This document shows positions 14,488 through 29,425 of a stretch of DNA of 64,000 nt, piece by piece (position 1 is the first letter of the stretch; each line of letters begins with the position of its first letter). Position numbers and translations under genes: made by a program. The DNA is taken from the NCBI GenBank assembly GCA_043228905.1, contig JBHGNT010000010.1:16492001-16556000 (forward strand). The letters are read 5' to 3'. The notes beneath the pieces were generated by a model. It saw only the letters and a list, made by a program, of their open reading frames with translations. It made no database searches and was not told where the DNA came from. Origin of the DNA: Azolla caroliniana. Lineage: Eukaryota; Plantae; Polypodiophyta.

Positions 14488-14837
14488 GATACATACATAC
14501 ATACATACATACATACATACATACATACATACATACATACATACATACATACATAACATAACACATACATACATAACCCATACATTACATAACATAACAC
14601 ATACATAGCATACATACATAACACATACATAGCATAACATACATACGTACTTAGATACATAACATAACATAACATAACATACATACTTAGATACATAACA
14701 TAACATACATACATACTTAGATACATAACATAACACATACATAGTGATAGCATACATACATAACACATATTTGTACATAACATACATACATAGCATACAT
14801 AACATAACACATACATAGCATATACATACATAAACAC
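14488..14837. repeat. Compound (CATA)n/(CATAA)n microsatellite
   Basis: Seen directly; it accounts for the low-complexity ORFs at 14368-14837. Confidence 0.95.
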
Positions 14838-15712
14838 ATGACTGAGTTAAAAATTGATGGCTTCAACTCATCCGTCTGTCTTTTCACGACCCAAAGGAAA
14901 GGAAAGAGGCCTCCCCTTCTCTCCCTAAATCTCTCTCATCCATCCCACATCCCCACGCCCCCAACTCAAAATCAAAGAAAACACAAGAAGCCTTTTGCCC
15001 AAAACCATGGAGATCAAATGAAATTACATCATCTGGAAGTAAACGATTTCTTCTTCTTCTTCTTCCTCTTCTGATTCGGATTCTGTTTCTGTTTCTGTTT
15101 CTGTTTCTGTTTCTGTTTCCGATCACCATCAGCTTCTCTCTTCAGATACCCCTCTACATCTTTGTGTGGAGAACTTCTGCTCTTCATCGCCATCGCCATC
15201 CCCATCGCCATCACCATCACCGTCACCATCACCGTCACCATCATCATTGATATCAACGTCAACATTGACATCAGCATCAACATCATCAACGCCAATATCA
15301 ACTTCAACATGATTGTGTTCATCGTCTCATAGTCATGACCTGTGAGCTTCTTTCTACCCGAATATCAATTGATTTGACCAGAAATTTGATGGTTTTTCTT
15401 GCTCTTTTGCTGATCACTTCAATCGTTACCTAATACAAAGAGATTGTTAACCAGAAATCTATGTAGTCATTCTTGCTTTTTGTTTTCTGAAAATTTGGAT
15501 ATGTATTTGAAAATCAAGTATGCCTTGATTGCTTCTCGGAGACAGGATTTGCAAGAAGTATTGCTTTATGTTGATTCAGGAAAAATCTGAGTTCAAAGTT
15601 CCATTTATGTAGGAAACATATGCCAAGAAAGCTACTGAAAGTTCATTTCTATAGTACCGTATACGAAAGAAAGCTGGTCGCTTACCTGTAAATAGTAAAG
15701 AGGTTCACTCAC

Positions 15713-18700
15713 ATGTACATCAGGACATTGGCAATGCTGGCAGTTGCCACAGTTTCTTCAGTGCAGAAGACTGCAAATGCATCAATCTTTGGATACCCTA
15801 ATGGAACACAAGAGCTCCACAGGATTCTTGCTCCTAGAATAGGAGCACAATCAATTCCAGTATGGAGAGGTTCATTTCATTACAGTTGTAAAGCATCATC
15901 AAGTGATGAGAATGGTGCGAGTGAAGTGTTCACAGCTTCCATTTCAGAGAAATCTCTTCGGGAACAATTTTCTAATGGTATTTCTCTCTTGTTTCTTCAT
16001 TAATTGTGCTGCGTTTCACCAAAACGAGGACCTTTAACAAATATTTCATCACATTTTTCATATTTCTAAAATTTGTGTTAGAACATAGTATCATAGCCTT
16101 GCGTTAGTATCCCTTTCTTTCCATGAGTTTACAGACTATCAGTTTACTGTTAGTTTATGCATGTTTTCGTGACCATAAGGAGTGGTTTAGTTTTTTCATA
16201 TTCCTTCAAATCTTTATTTCTTGAATCTTGATATCCTTCTCTTTTGATGAGTAGCAGGTACTTTGTTTATCATTAATTTATACACATTTTCAGGAACTTT
16301 AGCTTTGCTTCATAGATGTTTTATTGTTTTAACTTTCTTATTGTTTCTTATTGTTTTTTACTTGCTTTGCTTTTCTTATTGTTTCTTATTGTTTTTTACT
16401 TGCTTTGCTTTTCTTATTGTTTTTTACTTAGTAGTTGAATGGAGGGGGGGGAGGGAAGTAGGTAATGGCAGGCTAAATGCTGTATATCTTTTTTGCATCG
16501 GATATGAGAATCTATAGTATTTAAATGTCAGGGAGTACATACCAACATGAGCTGTTGTGAATTGGTTTAATGATAGAAGAGCATTATCCTAGAGTTATAG
16601 AGCTGATTGAAGCAACTAGAAAAGATGGCAGTTAATCTGATAGGATAGTCATGAGTGATGGCTTATTTACCAAATTGATAGAAACATGGTTCAGTTTCAC
16701 CTTTTGTTGCTATAGGATAGATATAGGCCATATTGCATATCTCTATTGAAATTTCGAATGTATCATTATTACTGAGTGTTATTCTGGGAGTGAATGTTGC
16801 AGCATACTGTATGTGTGTCCATCATGAATTGCCATTTCATGTAAAGCCTCTAATGTTTGTTGAAAGAGCTGAAATATTTCTTTATAATTCAGGTTGTTGG
16901 TTAGTCAAGCGTTCTGAAGAAATTTGTGTGAAATGTTAGAGAGAAGATCGGTCTGATTAGTTCAGTTTTCCCTTTTTGTATACGGGTTCCTAAATGTGTT
17001 TACACACATTTCTACATTATGATACGATTGCTGCTTAAGATACAAAAATGTTTCGTACCAAAATAATTTGTATATGAAAGTAACTAAACCTAAATTGTTT
17101 ATCTGATGATGTGCTTGACAGGTTCGTGTACCAAAGAAAACAACAATAATAATGGGGAGGGAGATAAAGGTTATGGACCTTTCAGTATACCATTCTTGGA
17201 TACAAAAACTGATTCACATGCCTCAATGGATTTGGTGCCTCCCATTCATATGCATAAAAAGATATTCTGTAACAGAGCATTGAACATGAAGAGCATTGTT
17301 GCTGTGGGATTTGATATGGATTATACTCTTGCTCAATATCGACCTGATACATTTGAGAGTCTAGCGTATCATGGAACTATAAAAAAGCTTGTATATGATC
17401 TTGGATATCCTCCTGAGGTATCTAGCTTCTTTTTCAATGTTCCAGCAAGTAACTTCAACTGTCTTTTTAGGTAACATTGGTTTTAATGTGCAATACTAGT
17501 TCTTTGACTCTGTATCGATTTAATATGTTAGTTTAGCAGAGGATCATATTATATAGAGCATGAAAGCAAGAGATTGATGGCATATAGAAATGGAGTAACA
17601 AATAGACGATGACAGATAGAAAGAAAATTATGTTAGCTTCTCTAAAGTTCCATAATTGCTTCTGTGACATAACATAGCTTACAATGCATATGTTAACTGC
17701 GTTCATGATGATCTTATAGAAGTCTGGTTCCCTATCTAACTGGGATAAAAAATACAATGATATAGGAACCTTGATACAAGTAGATATATCAATAAGAGGT
17801 TGATTGGATCAGCTCATGAATGCTCTTATAGGATGATGTTGTATAATCTCCATAGTAAATAGCTTGGGGGATCATGCTCGATCCTGGGAAATAATACTAT
17901 GTATCCGTTAATGCAGGTTGCATCTTCTTTATAATAGCCTGTGTATCCTTGGGCATTTGGAGCAAACCAACTCACATGCAATCGAGAAATATCCCCCTAT
18001 GATGTGCTGATCGTGATTGCTCTAAGGTCTCTTAGCAAAGCCTTCTGAATAAATCTGACATCTTTCTTTGCACAATTCCTGATGGCCGAAACTCTATCCA
18101 TCTCTAGTAAAAACAACCGCAAAATATCCCTGATAATCAAAGTCAGAACCTCTCCCTAAAGAAGCAATGGAAATGTTCTAGGATCTCAAAGGAAAGTGTG
18201 CTGCGGGATTGGTAGTGCTCCTCAGACTGTCTCTGTATGACATGACAGACAATATCCTCTACTTGTGGGGTACACACCTACACCTTCCTTTCTTACCTCA
18301 AACTGATGTGGATAAGGTGTGGATCTATGTCAATCCATGAGACTGATGGATATCCATATTTCCAGGAATTAGTATAAAACTATTCCCAGTGATGTGGTAT
18401 AGATACAAAGGCATCTTTGTACCGAACTCCTGCATAGGTTCAATCCTTAGTCTTTTTTAGTTTCTGGCAAAGTGAGATCTAGGTTGCTGACTTTGCTAAT
18501 TTCTGACTGAGTTGATGTGAGATATGGTGCAGCCCAAGGAGTGTCGGAGCAAGTGAGCATCCCTGTTTCATGCCAATAATGGAAGACGGTTTTCAAGAGA
18601 CCATTTTAAGTTCGTATTTGGCCTATTACTTTCTGATGAAGTGTCATGGTGCCCCACTGGAGTTTTCTTGAGGAACTGAATGTTAGCTAATCATGTAACT

Positions 18701-21700
18701 GTGTGGTCTTAGATGGTCTGAAACTTCTGCATTTGAAATATCTTTAACATAAAGTAAATTCACATTCCTACGAGTGCCAGCAATAATTTGTCAGTCATGA
18801 ATATCCTAGCTTGATTTCAAGTTGAATCCTCCTAACTGAGTTACATGCCATATAAAGAGAGTTCACTAGAATCACTGTTTCAACATCTTTATAATTTTCT
18901 CTAGTATGTACTCTTCGTGAAATGTTTTCTCCTCATCATGCTATTTGATGCACATACTCTACTTTGTGATGTGCAGTTGCTGGACTGGAAATTTGATTGG
19001 CAGTACATGGTCAGAGGGCTTATTGTTGATAAGAAAAGGGGAAACATATTGAAGGTAGATGCCATGGTCAAAAATAAATATCACCTACTTCTCTAAAAGA
19101 AAGAGTGATGCCATGGTCTGAGCTATTTTTATATGTTGAAATGTGATAAAATATCCTCAAATACAATCTATTAAATTAAGGGTTCAGATTTAGTATGAAT
19201 ATGGCCACATTAAGATTTTGATTTCATTGTCTGTTTCAAATCTACTTAATTTTTGCATCCTTTGCCTGCAGATGGATCGACATAAATATGTGAAAGTTGC
19301 ATACCATGGCTTCCAGGAGTTATCACGCGATGATCGTATATCAATTTATTGCAATACATTGACGAGAGAGTCATACGATGAGCCAGATTATGCTCTCATT
19401 GATACATTGTTCTCTTTAGCGGAGGCCTATCTGTTTGCTCAACTCGTTGAGCTCAAAGATAACCATCCAAACAAGTTTCCTCCAGGCAATGAGTATGTGA
19501 ATGCCTATTAAAACTAGAGATGCTTCATTGATGTTTAAAATCAAAGTCTTTAAAGTTTTGATTGTATCCTGCAATTCGTTTTTTCTATTCAGGATACAAA
19601 ATACAGTAAGAGGTATTGTGAAACATCAAGCACATCCAAATATATGAACATATGAACATATCAAATCATTGTTTGTCATTAAGAATTATGTATTGGGTTC
19701 CCATGACCCAGGTATTGTTAGAGATCCAAAAACTCATACTAAACCTCAAATACTGGAAGTGTCCACAGTTAATGGCTGCATTTAACTTTAGTGAGATGGC
19801 TTGAAACTTGTGACAACCATTTTGCATTTGCAGCATAACAGGCTGGGTTCACAGCAAGTAGCAGATTTAAAAATTAGACATGACAATAACAAAGAGAAAG
19901 AAAGAAAGATACGTTAGCGTCTTTTGTATAAGACCAAACAAAAGATCACATCTTAAGTGTTGTCTTGTCTCTGAGAATAACAAACCAAAATATATGTTGC
20001 GAAGCAAAAAAAAGTAAATAAGATAAGTGACTAGAAAATCTTGTTATTGGTACATGCAAGATTCTCAAGTCAGATATATTGTAATTTTTGTCTTCAAAAG
20101 ATCTCTAGCATAGGTCGATCCAGAATGGAGAGGTCGCTAAAGTGAGGGAAGCACCTACAATGATGGGAGTTCATGTTCCATGAGGGTGGGCCATACCTAC
20201 CTGCATGTAAAATTGCTATTGCCCGATCAATTATAAGCTCTTTGTCGAGAGCCTATTTGTGTAGCCCTTGATTGGCTTGTAGCATGCATAGGAGTGATGG
20301 GGATAAAGAAAGTTGTGATTGCTCTTTGTTGATGAGCTTCTGTGGCTGTACTATTGTCCTTCAACAACTTCTCCCTGTGTCTCTTGTGTTCTTGCAAGAA
20401 AAGCCCCAAGTACTGTTGGTCTTGATATTTAATTACCTTGGGTAATGGGCCAAACTAGTTAGAGAGGGAATGGTGCCTCCTTATTTCACTTACACATCTG
20501 CTCACAGGCATCCCAAATGTGTTCCTAATGGTTGTGACCTGTTCCTAATTTTAGTGGACTACCAAAGAGCCACAGCCATATCATTTTAACAGATTTTAGC
20601 TCACGTTGAGGTAGTGGAGCGGGTTGCAGAAATATATATGGATCTGACTTGAACCTAAGAGACTCAAATCTTATTCATTTCATCATGCGACTTCCCTGGT
20701 AAGGTTTTAATATATGCCGGAGAAAACAACAATGAAGGAACAGAGAGACACTGAGAAACTGAGTCACCCAAGAATATCCTATTTGAGAGCATTATGTAGT
20801 GCTCAAGTCTAGGTTAATTATTCCTCACAGGAGACTAATGCGAGGAAGCAAAATAAAAATAGTGGTGATACCTCTGATATGGAAAACCTAGAGATGATGC
20901 ACTCAATATTTCTGGTGAACTCAGGAATATGCAAGAGTTCAGGAGACTCAGAATCATACAATGAAAAATATAGCAAACGTCTTTTTGAACTTGGTTCTTA
21001 ACACCGCCCAGTTATCTATAACAGGATGAAATTGTGAGTAGATTCTAGTGACCTTAATGTTTCCCACTAGGAGGCAGCAGGATCTCAGGTGATTACATCT
21101 TGAGGACTATGGAAGCTACCCAAGCTATCAAAAACTTCACCATCCCACCTTGCCTAATTGATGTCGACCCCATTTCTCTTTACATAGACCCCACCTAGAA
21201 TATGCCATCATCACCACCTCCACATTCATCCCCACATTGTCCCCATGCACTATGATCCACTTCACCCATGAACTAGCACACATTTATGGGCAATATGTCC
21301 AGCATAAAGTTTACCATCTAGAACCAAACATGACCCTCAATACCGTCATTGACCAACTCTCCTATACCATCAATAGTTTTCCATGCCACCACAGTGAAGA
21401 TGCCACATTCCTGTGAACGTATCCGAAATTGTTGGTATGATGAGGAATATAAAGAGGTAGGCTTTGGAGAAATAGCTCAACAAACAGACTGCAAGAAAAC
21501 GAGAACCCTATGAAGAAGCACAATATTGGGATTTATACCACCTGTTCATGAGCAAAGACTCACCTCAGCCACTGTTTGGTGATATATCAGAGAACCCTGA
21601 CCCCCGACCCCAATAAAAAATCATGGAGAAAGGTTTTATCATGACCGCTCCATATACCACAATTATTAGAGCCTCAGCATACTATCTGCACCATTTCGAG

Positions 21701-24700
21701 GTCATCTGGTGCCTTCAACATGGAGGATGCATAATGCACTGCCTTCCATGACCAGGTTTCCTTTATTGAGTTTGTGAGAGCCTCAGACTAGAGACTGTTG
21801 GGGCTGGCTCTCTGACTAGCCCTCTGCTGACATCATGAGTGATGCAAAAGCAGATATCAGACCCAACATGGTTAGTCACAAACTACTTCATATGTCCAGG
21901 ACCTTCAGCTACTGTGCCACTAATTTGCTCAAATCCCTCTACAACAATCATTAGGGATACAGTGTGAGCTCGAGGTGTGATTCTCCCATGAACTACATAA
22001 ATTTGCAAGCTACTCTGCACACAACCTAAGATGAAATCGATGCAAATATTGCAGCCAGATCTAGTCCATTCTCACTAGCTTTTATTGAGATTAGAGGCGT
22101 TAAGATAAATCGTCTTTATTTCTCTTAAGTTTGAGGATTATCTCTTTGCTGATGATTATAAAGTTCTGTTTATAATAAACTTAGATATATTTATTATCTG
22201 CTTACTATATACAGTTGTCTTGTCTTTTATCATTTATGATCTGATAAAAAAACCGAGACAGGCCAAATGTATTGATGGAACTAAATAAAAATAAACTCTG
22301 TGATTGGCAGCTATTCTCCAGTCTACAGAGATGTTCGTGCAGCAGTTGATCTTTGCCACCGTGATGGGACACTCAAACAAGCTGTTGCTCATAATCCTTC
22401 AAAGTAAGCAATGTCACTGGTAACCCTTGCTGATTGGATGGGTTGAAAAGTTAATTCACACACTTCCAGATTTAAAGGGCACTAGATAAATAGTCTGGTT
22501 TCCCAACATTGTCAAAACCAGCTCTTTATATTTGAAGAAATTGAGATCAAGAGGTGGCTGTGGAAATGTTATGCAATGAAATGCTGAATTTGCTTGGATT
22601 AAATCTTTTACCTGTACACTCAGAAAAAGTTTGCTCTATTTCAGATATATTCATTTTGATCCAGGATTGATACCAATGCTGAAGATGCTGAGGAGTTCTG
22701 GACGAATGACTTTTCTGGTTACTAACAGGTTCAAAGAATGGATAACTCTGTTTCATTTGCTTTATATTGTATATGTGTCAGTAACGAAGCATTTCCAACA
22801 CAATTAGTGAGCTATTAGATGCAATTGCATTAAGATTAAAAGGCATAGTGGTTTTGCTCATTGTAGTCATGGGGTCAACCTCTCATGTCTTTAATGGTTC
22901 AAACACGAGCCTACGTGCATTAGATGAAATAGGTATAAAAATTTGTTCTTCCTGGGTGATGCAATTTCTCTTCTTGACCTTGGTTTAGATTGGCTTTATT
23001 ATAGAACTTAATAATATCAAATTCTTAGGTGCATATGCTAATATAAGAGCTCAAACTATGTTTGCATTGCTACTTGAGTTCTTGGTACACAAATATTTCT
23101 TTGCCATACATTGTTAAACGTTCTTAATATTATGTTCACTTATTAGTGACGTCTGTCTGTCACCCTTGTACCTCCAGTTTATGGGACTACACCAATGTGG
23201 TGATGAACTATTTGTTTGGTAAATGTGGAACTGATGGAGGTGTCTCTCGCAATAACGAATGGCTACAGCTCTTCGACATCGTTCTGACTGGAAGGTATGT
23301 TTGCATGTGCTTAATGCAAATCCAGGCAGATTGATTTGGTATATTAACTTTGGTCTCCTATCCCTTTAAGCATTGTTGTGGAACTTTTAGTAATTTTCTT
23401 TTACTTGAAACTTGCAGAATTTTCTTTTGTTTAGAATTCAAATTGTCTTTTTCCCATACTAGAATAAAAACTAGATTAAAGTTTCTATTTTAGACTAAAA
23501 AAGAATTTGCAACTGCAGTGCTAAGCCTTCTTTTTTTGCTGATGGAAATCGAGCCCCGTTATATGAAGTAGAGATAAATTCTGGCATGCTTCAAAACACA
23601 GATAATGGAAGCCCTCTAGCTCAGGCAAAGTAGATGTTAATATCTAGCATATATACTTTTAATTGGAAACATTGTTTTTCTTTTTCTTTAAGTGTTCACT
23701 GTTGCTAACACTGATTATTACAGATAGGTGTAAGTATTATGGATCCTTCTCCTACCTCTTGCATAAAAGGGGTTCAACAAGCGTGCAGAGTTTTTCAGGT
23801 GATTCTGCCTGTAACTGTGTTGCATGCTAAGTTGATAAACTTAATCAGTGTGATGAATGTTGTGATTGGTTTCTGTACTGATTGAAGAACTTGCCACAAG
23901 GATACTCTAGGATTCTCAATGGCTTGCATCTTTCTCGTTACTGGTTTTAATTCTTATTTTTTGGAGCTATCTTATTTTGGGTTAGGAGTTTTGCATTTAG
24001 TCTCTCTAATCATTTATGTAGAAACAATCAACTGCCGATTCCTCTTTAGTTAATGATCTATCTTGTTTTGTTTCGTGTTAGCCATTATGGAGATGGTGTT
24101 ATTATTCACATTGCTAACTTCTCTATAATGGAAAATGACAATTATTGATTAAAATTTCTTCAGGGGGGGAGTGTCGCACATCTACATCATCTTCTAGGTA
24201 TTGATGCTGGATCTCAGGTACATGCAAGTCTCTTTGTCTTTACTATATTAGAAATGTAGAATCTTCTAAGGCTATGCAGGCAGACTGATCTAGGCTCTTA
24301 CTACAGGCTTTCTGAATGTCCAGGTTTTGTACGTCGGAGATCATATATATGGTGACATACTCAGAAGCAAAAAGGAATTGGGTATGACATAAGTTTCTGC
24401 TTTAGATATAATTGGGTTTCTTGCATAGGAGATAAATGACTTTCTGATAGCAGAAAACATTTTTTCTGTCAGGTTGGAGAACGATGCTTGTAGTTCCAGA
24501 GCTTAACAAAGAGTTGCAATTATTCTATGAGACATTAGGCATTCGCAAGGTAATATGATTTTTATGTTTCTAAAAATGTCTATTAATAAAAAAACAACAG
24601 TGTATATGTATGCATGTTGTAGTTGCTGTCGTATGGTGCTGGATACATCCTGTTATTTATAATTAGTAAAAACTTAAATCTTTTATGACACAATTAAGAA

Positions 24701-27416
24701 AATCCAATCGCTAAGGTTGAGCATAAAAATTTGACAAACGTTAAGATTCAATAGATTCGATTAACAAGAGAAAATTCTAGAACTTTGAAAGCAGATATGT
24801 ATTTTAAAATGTCCAAATCTACTAGAGTTCAATTTCTAAAATCACCCAATATCCTACAAGAACTTTGGCTGTAGATGTGTGGTTTGTAATATAATGAATA
24901 CTCAGCCATAGCAATCCATCACTAATATAGTCCTCCTTTGTGTCTGGAATAAACACAAAATCACTCACAAACTAGGTTTCTCTGGCTATGATACTCGCCC
25001 GTAAATCTCTCGTTGTTCACCACTTGTAATTCTTGATGTGGATGTGTATTCTTAATGTTGCAGGCTACCTCTAGTGCGAGATATCTGTTAGTTTATCTCC
25101 TCAAGTTGAACTTTGAATTGTGAACAAAGAATGAGAAGGCTGCTGCAGGAGAAAACATTTGTTAAAAAGGAAGGAAAAGTTTTTCAGAAAACAATTTAGG
25201 TTTACTTTGTTTTGGTTTCACATTCGATGACTATACATTTTTTTTATTTTTTCTAAGATCAAATTTAAAGTTTTTGAAAAAACAAACCTGCAGCTTTATT
25301 TGAAACCTCATCTGCAGGATATGGCTGTATGACTGCAATGTACTCTGCAGTTAGACAGTATTTCCCTCCTTTTCTGGCTCATTTCCAATTCATTTATTCA
25401 TTCTGGTGCAGGAATTTAGATTGCTCAGACAGGAAAGGGAAGTGCTAGATGACAAGATACAACAGATAGATTGGTCTTTGAGGTGTGTGGGGCTCCTAGT
25501 ACGGATTTTGCCATCTCAATATATCTTTGAGACCTATTCTATCTCTAAATATAACTTTTTCTAGATGAAAGATGTTTTTTTATATATATTTCTCAAATAC
25601 TTGAAAGAAACTACGGATCTGTTATATGAAATTTGAAATCTCACTTTTGGAGCTAAGTAAGAACTGTGAGTTTATGACTGTCCAGGTTTAATTCACACAC
25701 CATTGAAGAAACTCAGAAACTGCATTCAAAGATGGACACTCTTCGGGTTTGGTTCTTAAAATAATTTCTTTGTAAATTAGTGTTTTGATTCAAAAGTTAA
25801 TTTGATTAGTTTAAATTGGTCCAGATTGAAAGAGACAAGATTAGAGAGTTACATCGTCAAGCACAAAGAATATGCCATCAGAAGGTGAATTAAAATTTAA
25901 CTCATTCTTTTGTAAGAAAGTAATCCACAGTATAATGATGAGGTTTAATGTAATGTTCCTGTAAAGAAACTGATTTTTATCTCTGGATCCTTCATCCAGT
26001 ATTCTTTGAACTGGATATGTTTAGTGGTATGAGAAAAGGCCATGCACAAGAGTTATTTCCATAGTGACTTTTTATGACCTTATGCTTTGTTTTCTTGGTT
26101 TTTTATATTTCTGATTTGAATAAATTCTTTTTAATATACTTTAATTACAGTTTCACATGGTATGGGGACAACTGATGAAGACCGGATACCAAAATTCTCG
26201 GTTTGCACATCAGGTTTGTAAAATTCTCATGGAGGGATCATTTTGAAAAGTAAATGAAATGGCATACATGTCCGTGATTTTAGAGAGGAAAACAAAAGTT
26301 TACTTGGAAATTCGAGCTAACTGCGTAACTTGGGCTGTTTAAAAACGAACTTAACATTACGTAAAACTAATTTACAACCTCCCATTTACCTAATGCCTGC
26401 GTAAACCTCAAGAATAAGCAGTGATCCCAAAAATATTTATGGGGCTAGAGCCCAACCCTAACCTGGCATTTGGAGTATAATCTCCTAGTGAACAGTGTAT
26501 GAACACTGATCCAATATTCTGTGTTTGTCATCATTGCAAGGAGTCAAAACTATTATAAGTCACAGCACCAAATGAATTCACAAAATCCTTCAGTGCTGCT
26601 GCAATAAAAAATGACCTATAAATACAAGGGCAATTGTTGTTTTAATAATTTGGAATTTCCTGTAGCCTCTGTAGCCTCCATTGTTCAATAAACTGATGAA
26701 CGTTAGAAGAACAATCAAATTAGGATGTCATGAGAAATGTTTCTAGTCTAAAATCAAGTCTATACTGGTGAACCTCCATCTCAAGTATCTCTGGATGAAT
26801 GTCCTATTGATGCTCAGATATCTCTGGAATTGAGTTTGAATGGTGATGTTACAATTTTCAAGAAAATATGGCAGGTGCCATAACATGGCCCATCTTCTTG
26901 ATACGTGATTATAGTTGTATTGCATTTCCTAGGAAATCTATCAATATGACTAGGTGCCGAGCTACTAATTATATAAAACAATTGGCTTAATTTGGATTGG
27001 TACAAAAGATCATAACTCACATGATATAGGCAACATGTAGGGTAGTATGAGTGAAAAACATTACATGGTTGAAGCAGGCACCAATTACATGGAAGTTAGG
27101 GCTAAAATAGAACCATTTTTAATTTCACAGGAAAAAAACAAATCCCATGTACTTTTTAACCCTGGAACACATTTTATGCATGCAAAAGTGAAATGTGGTG
27201 TCATGTGAATTAGGTCAGAGCTCGATGCTTATAAATCATTTTCTGATTTTATTATCTTAATGTTGGGTTACCTGTATCCAATAATCAATGTAGGTTGAGC
27301 GTTTTGCTTGCCTTTACACAAGTCAAGTCACAAACCTGTGCTACTACTCCCCGGATAAAAGCTTCAGAACTCATGAAGATTTCATGCCACACGAGTTCTC
27401 AGGAATTGACGTCTGA
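15713..27416 (+). CDS. HAD-superfamily subfamily IG 5'-nucleotidase (cN-II/IMP-GMP nucleotidase family), about 633 aa, probable N-terminal organellar transit peptide; 17 exons: 15713-15977, 17122-17417, 18977-19054, 19272-19492, 22311-22403, 22645-22728, 23178-23294, 23519-23624, 23724-23798, 24164-24217, 24324-24381, 24473-24549, 25412-25482, 25686-25746, 25825-25884, 26151-26213, 27294-27416
   Basis: HAD motifs GFDMDYTLAQY (I), FLVTNS (II), AKPSFF (III) and VLYVGDHIYGDI (IV), plus GWRTMLVVPEL and VERFACLYTSQV. Exons total 1902 nt in one frame, with one GC-AG intron. Confidence 0.95.
17540..18700 (-). mobile_element. Degenerate LINE reverse-transcriptase fragment in nucleotidase intron 2
   Basis: Minus strand reads IGMKQGCSLAPTLLGL at about 18530-18580, a QGCPLSP-type RT motif. 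Boundaries are approximate. Confidence 0.65.
19875..20490 (-). mobile_element. LINE 3'-end remnant, same family as the VIL intron-2 fragments
   Basis: Clear nucleotide similarity of 19880-20150 to 7995-8400 and of 20250-20480 to 9400-9650; minus strand reads QQYLGLFLQEHKRHREK. Confidence 0.75.
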
Positions 27417-27834
27417 TGATCAACTACAGACAATTCTGTATAATATTTGCTGTTGAAGATAAGGAGGCCCACTTATTCATCATAGCTTTCCTCAATCAAT
27501 AAAAAAAATCTGCTTGAAGAGTTTGATCGCAAACTTTAGAGCTTGGCCATCTCTCTATTGGTAGCATTTACCAAATAAATTTTCTTCTAATCTTTTTTGT
27601 AAACAACGAATCATTTTCTATCATTTCAATGAAAGTGATTTTCCATACAGAGACCCAGCTTCATTCCAAAATCGACATGATAAATAATATGACTTCAAGT
27701 GAAAAACTATGATTGTACCATGTCTCTGAAGAAGAAAAGTGCAAGTTCACATGTTGGAAGACATACTGGATCAGGTGCAATGTCACATGTTGGAAGAAAA
27801 ATATGCATGTGCTGGAATCCTAGAGAGCTCAAGT

Positions 27835-28290
27835 CTTGAATCTTAGGTATAAATTGCATGGGTAGTGAAGATAGATTGATGGATAATGATTGTGTTTAGC
27901 TTGATCATAAAACATATCCTGAGTATGAAGTCTGCTGAAAGCTGAAGTCTTGGATCTCATGTAAACTAAGAAGAAATTATATCATAAATGCTGTGTTATG
28001 ACTATGTTTAGCTTGATCATATAGCACGTGCCCAGCATCAAGATTGATGAAGTTTAAATCTTTGAATCGTAGGTATCAATTGCATAGATAGTGAACATAG
28101 ATTGATGTATTCTGATTATGTTTTAGCTTGATCATAAAACGTATGCTGAGTACGAAGCCTCATAAAGCGAGTCTTGGATTTCATGTAAACAAAGATAGAT
28201 ATCATAAGTAACATCTATTATGAGAGTTTTTAGTTTGATCATGAAGCATGTGCCAAGTATTAAGTCCATTGCAATTCAGTCTTAAATCTT
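27835..28290. repeat. Degenerate tandem repeat: about 110-bp monomers arranged as about 228-bp dimers
   Basis: The anchor tttagcttgatcat recurs at about 27895, 28007, 28123 and 28229; alternate monomers resemble each other most. Confidence 0.75.
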
Positions 28291-29425
28291 ATGTGACTAA
28301 ATAGAGATTATATGAGTTGGTCATAATAAGTGGCATGTTGAGGGCTCCTGGACCTAGACTGTAGCTTTTTGCTTTGAATATGCAAAGCTAAGCATTTGCT
28401 AAACCAAACAAAAGCCTTGGATTCTCCATCTGGTATTTGTTTTTCCTGATGATATTTACATGGATGTATTAAGTTAATCACATTTGTTTGAAGGTTTAAA
28501 AACATTTTTTTGAAAGTCTATAATTTAATAGCTTTAGAAGTTACATGTGCAATCAATCCATGCACAAGGATCCATACCTAAAAGCCATCCCAACATTGTA
28601 ATGCAAAAGACACTATTGGCACCAAATAGTAAGGTACTAATCTAGTGCTTCAAATGAAAGGAGAAACTCATTATGAGATGGCTGAAAACGACTCAATGTG
28701 ACACATATTGCAAGAACATACAGCAACTTAGTCAACTGCCCATTAATGAAGGCTGAATCGACTTGTTATAATCTCATATCTGTAAGCTAGGCCAGACGGT
28801 CAAATCTCAACCATATTCTGACCAACCTGCAGTTGGTTGAAATACAAATTTTCAGTCCATATAGGAATGCAAGCAAAACCGGCCAATTTCAAGCCCTTTT
28901 AAAACATTTGTCACTCAGAATTCATATTTACCATGCAAATTTACAAGCTTACAGGGTGATAGGCAGAAATATTGATGCATAATTCTCCCTCCCCATTCAT
29001 CTTATTTCTCATTACCAAACGCTGTAGATGTGGAAAAATATATACAGTCAGCCTCTCCCTAAAAAGAATCTCTCAATTTGAGACTTCAAGCACCAACGGT
29101 TACCAGTATTTATTTCTCATTGTATATGTACAAATATAGACGTTTGGAGAGCTTTCCCAACTTCTTCTCCGAAAGGCCAAATGTTCTTACATACAATGGT
29201 GTGAATAGGATCTTCTCAAGAGCTAAATTGAAGAGCTTCTTCCACACAATCAGAAAGCTCAAACTGAGAGCGTGAACGTATGAATTGCATTAAAAATTAT
29301 AGACATTAAAGTGGTACCCACCATAGGACTGAAATGTATATACAACCAAGGGGAAGGGAGGCCATGTTTACTCAAAAGTGTAGTAAGTATATATATAGAC
29401 TTCCAAGCTTTCGAAGATTGTAAGT

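Noticed and set aside
14368-15322. Several overlapping ORFs (MLCMLCMYV..., MVIGNRNRN..., MNTIMLKL...)
   Set aside because: Artefacts of simple-sequence repeats in the promoter/5' UTR region of the nucleotidase gene.
20580-22080. Coding-like intronic stretch, possibly old LTR-retrotransposon debris
   Set aside because: No motif or terminus could be identified confidently by eye.
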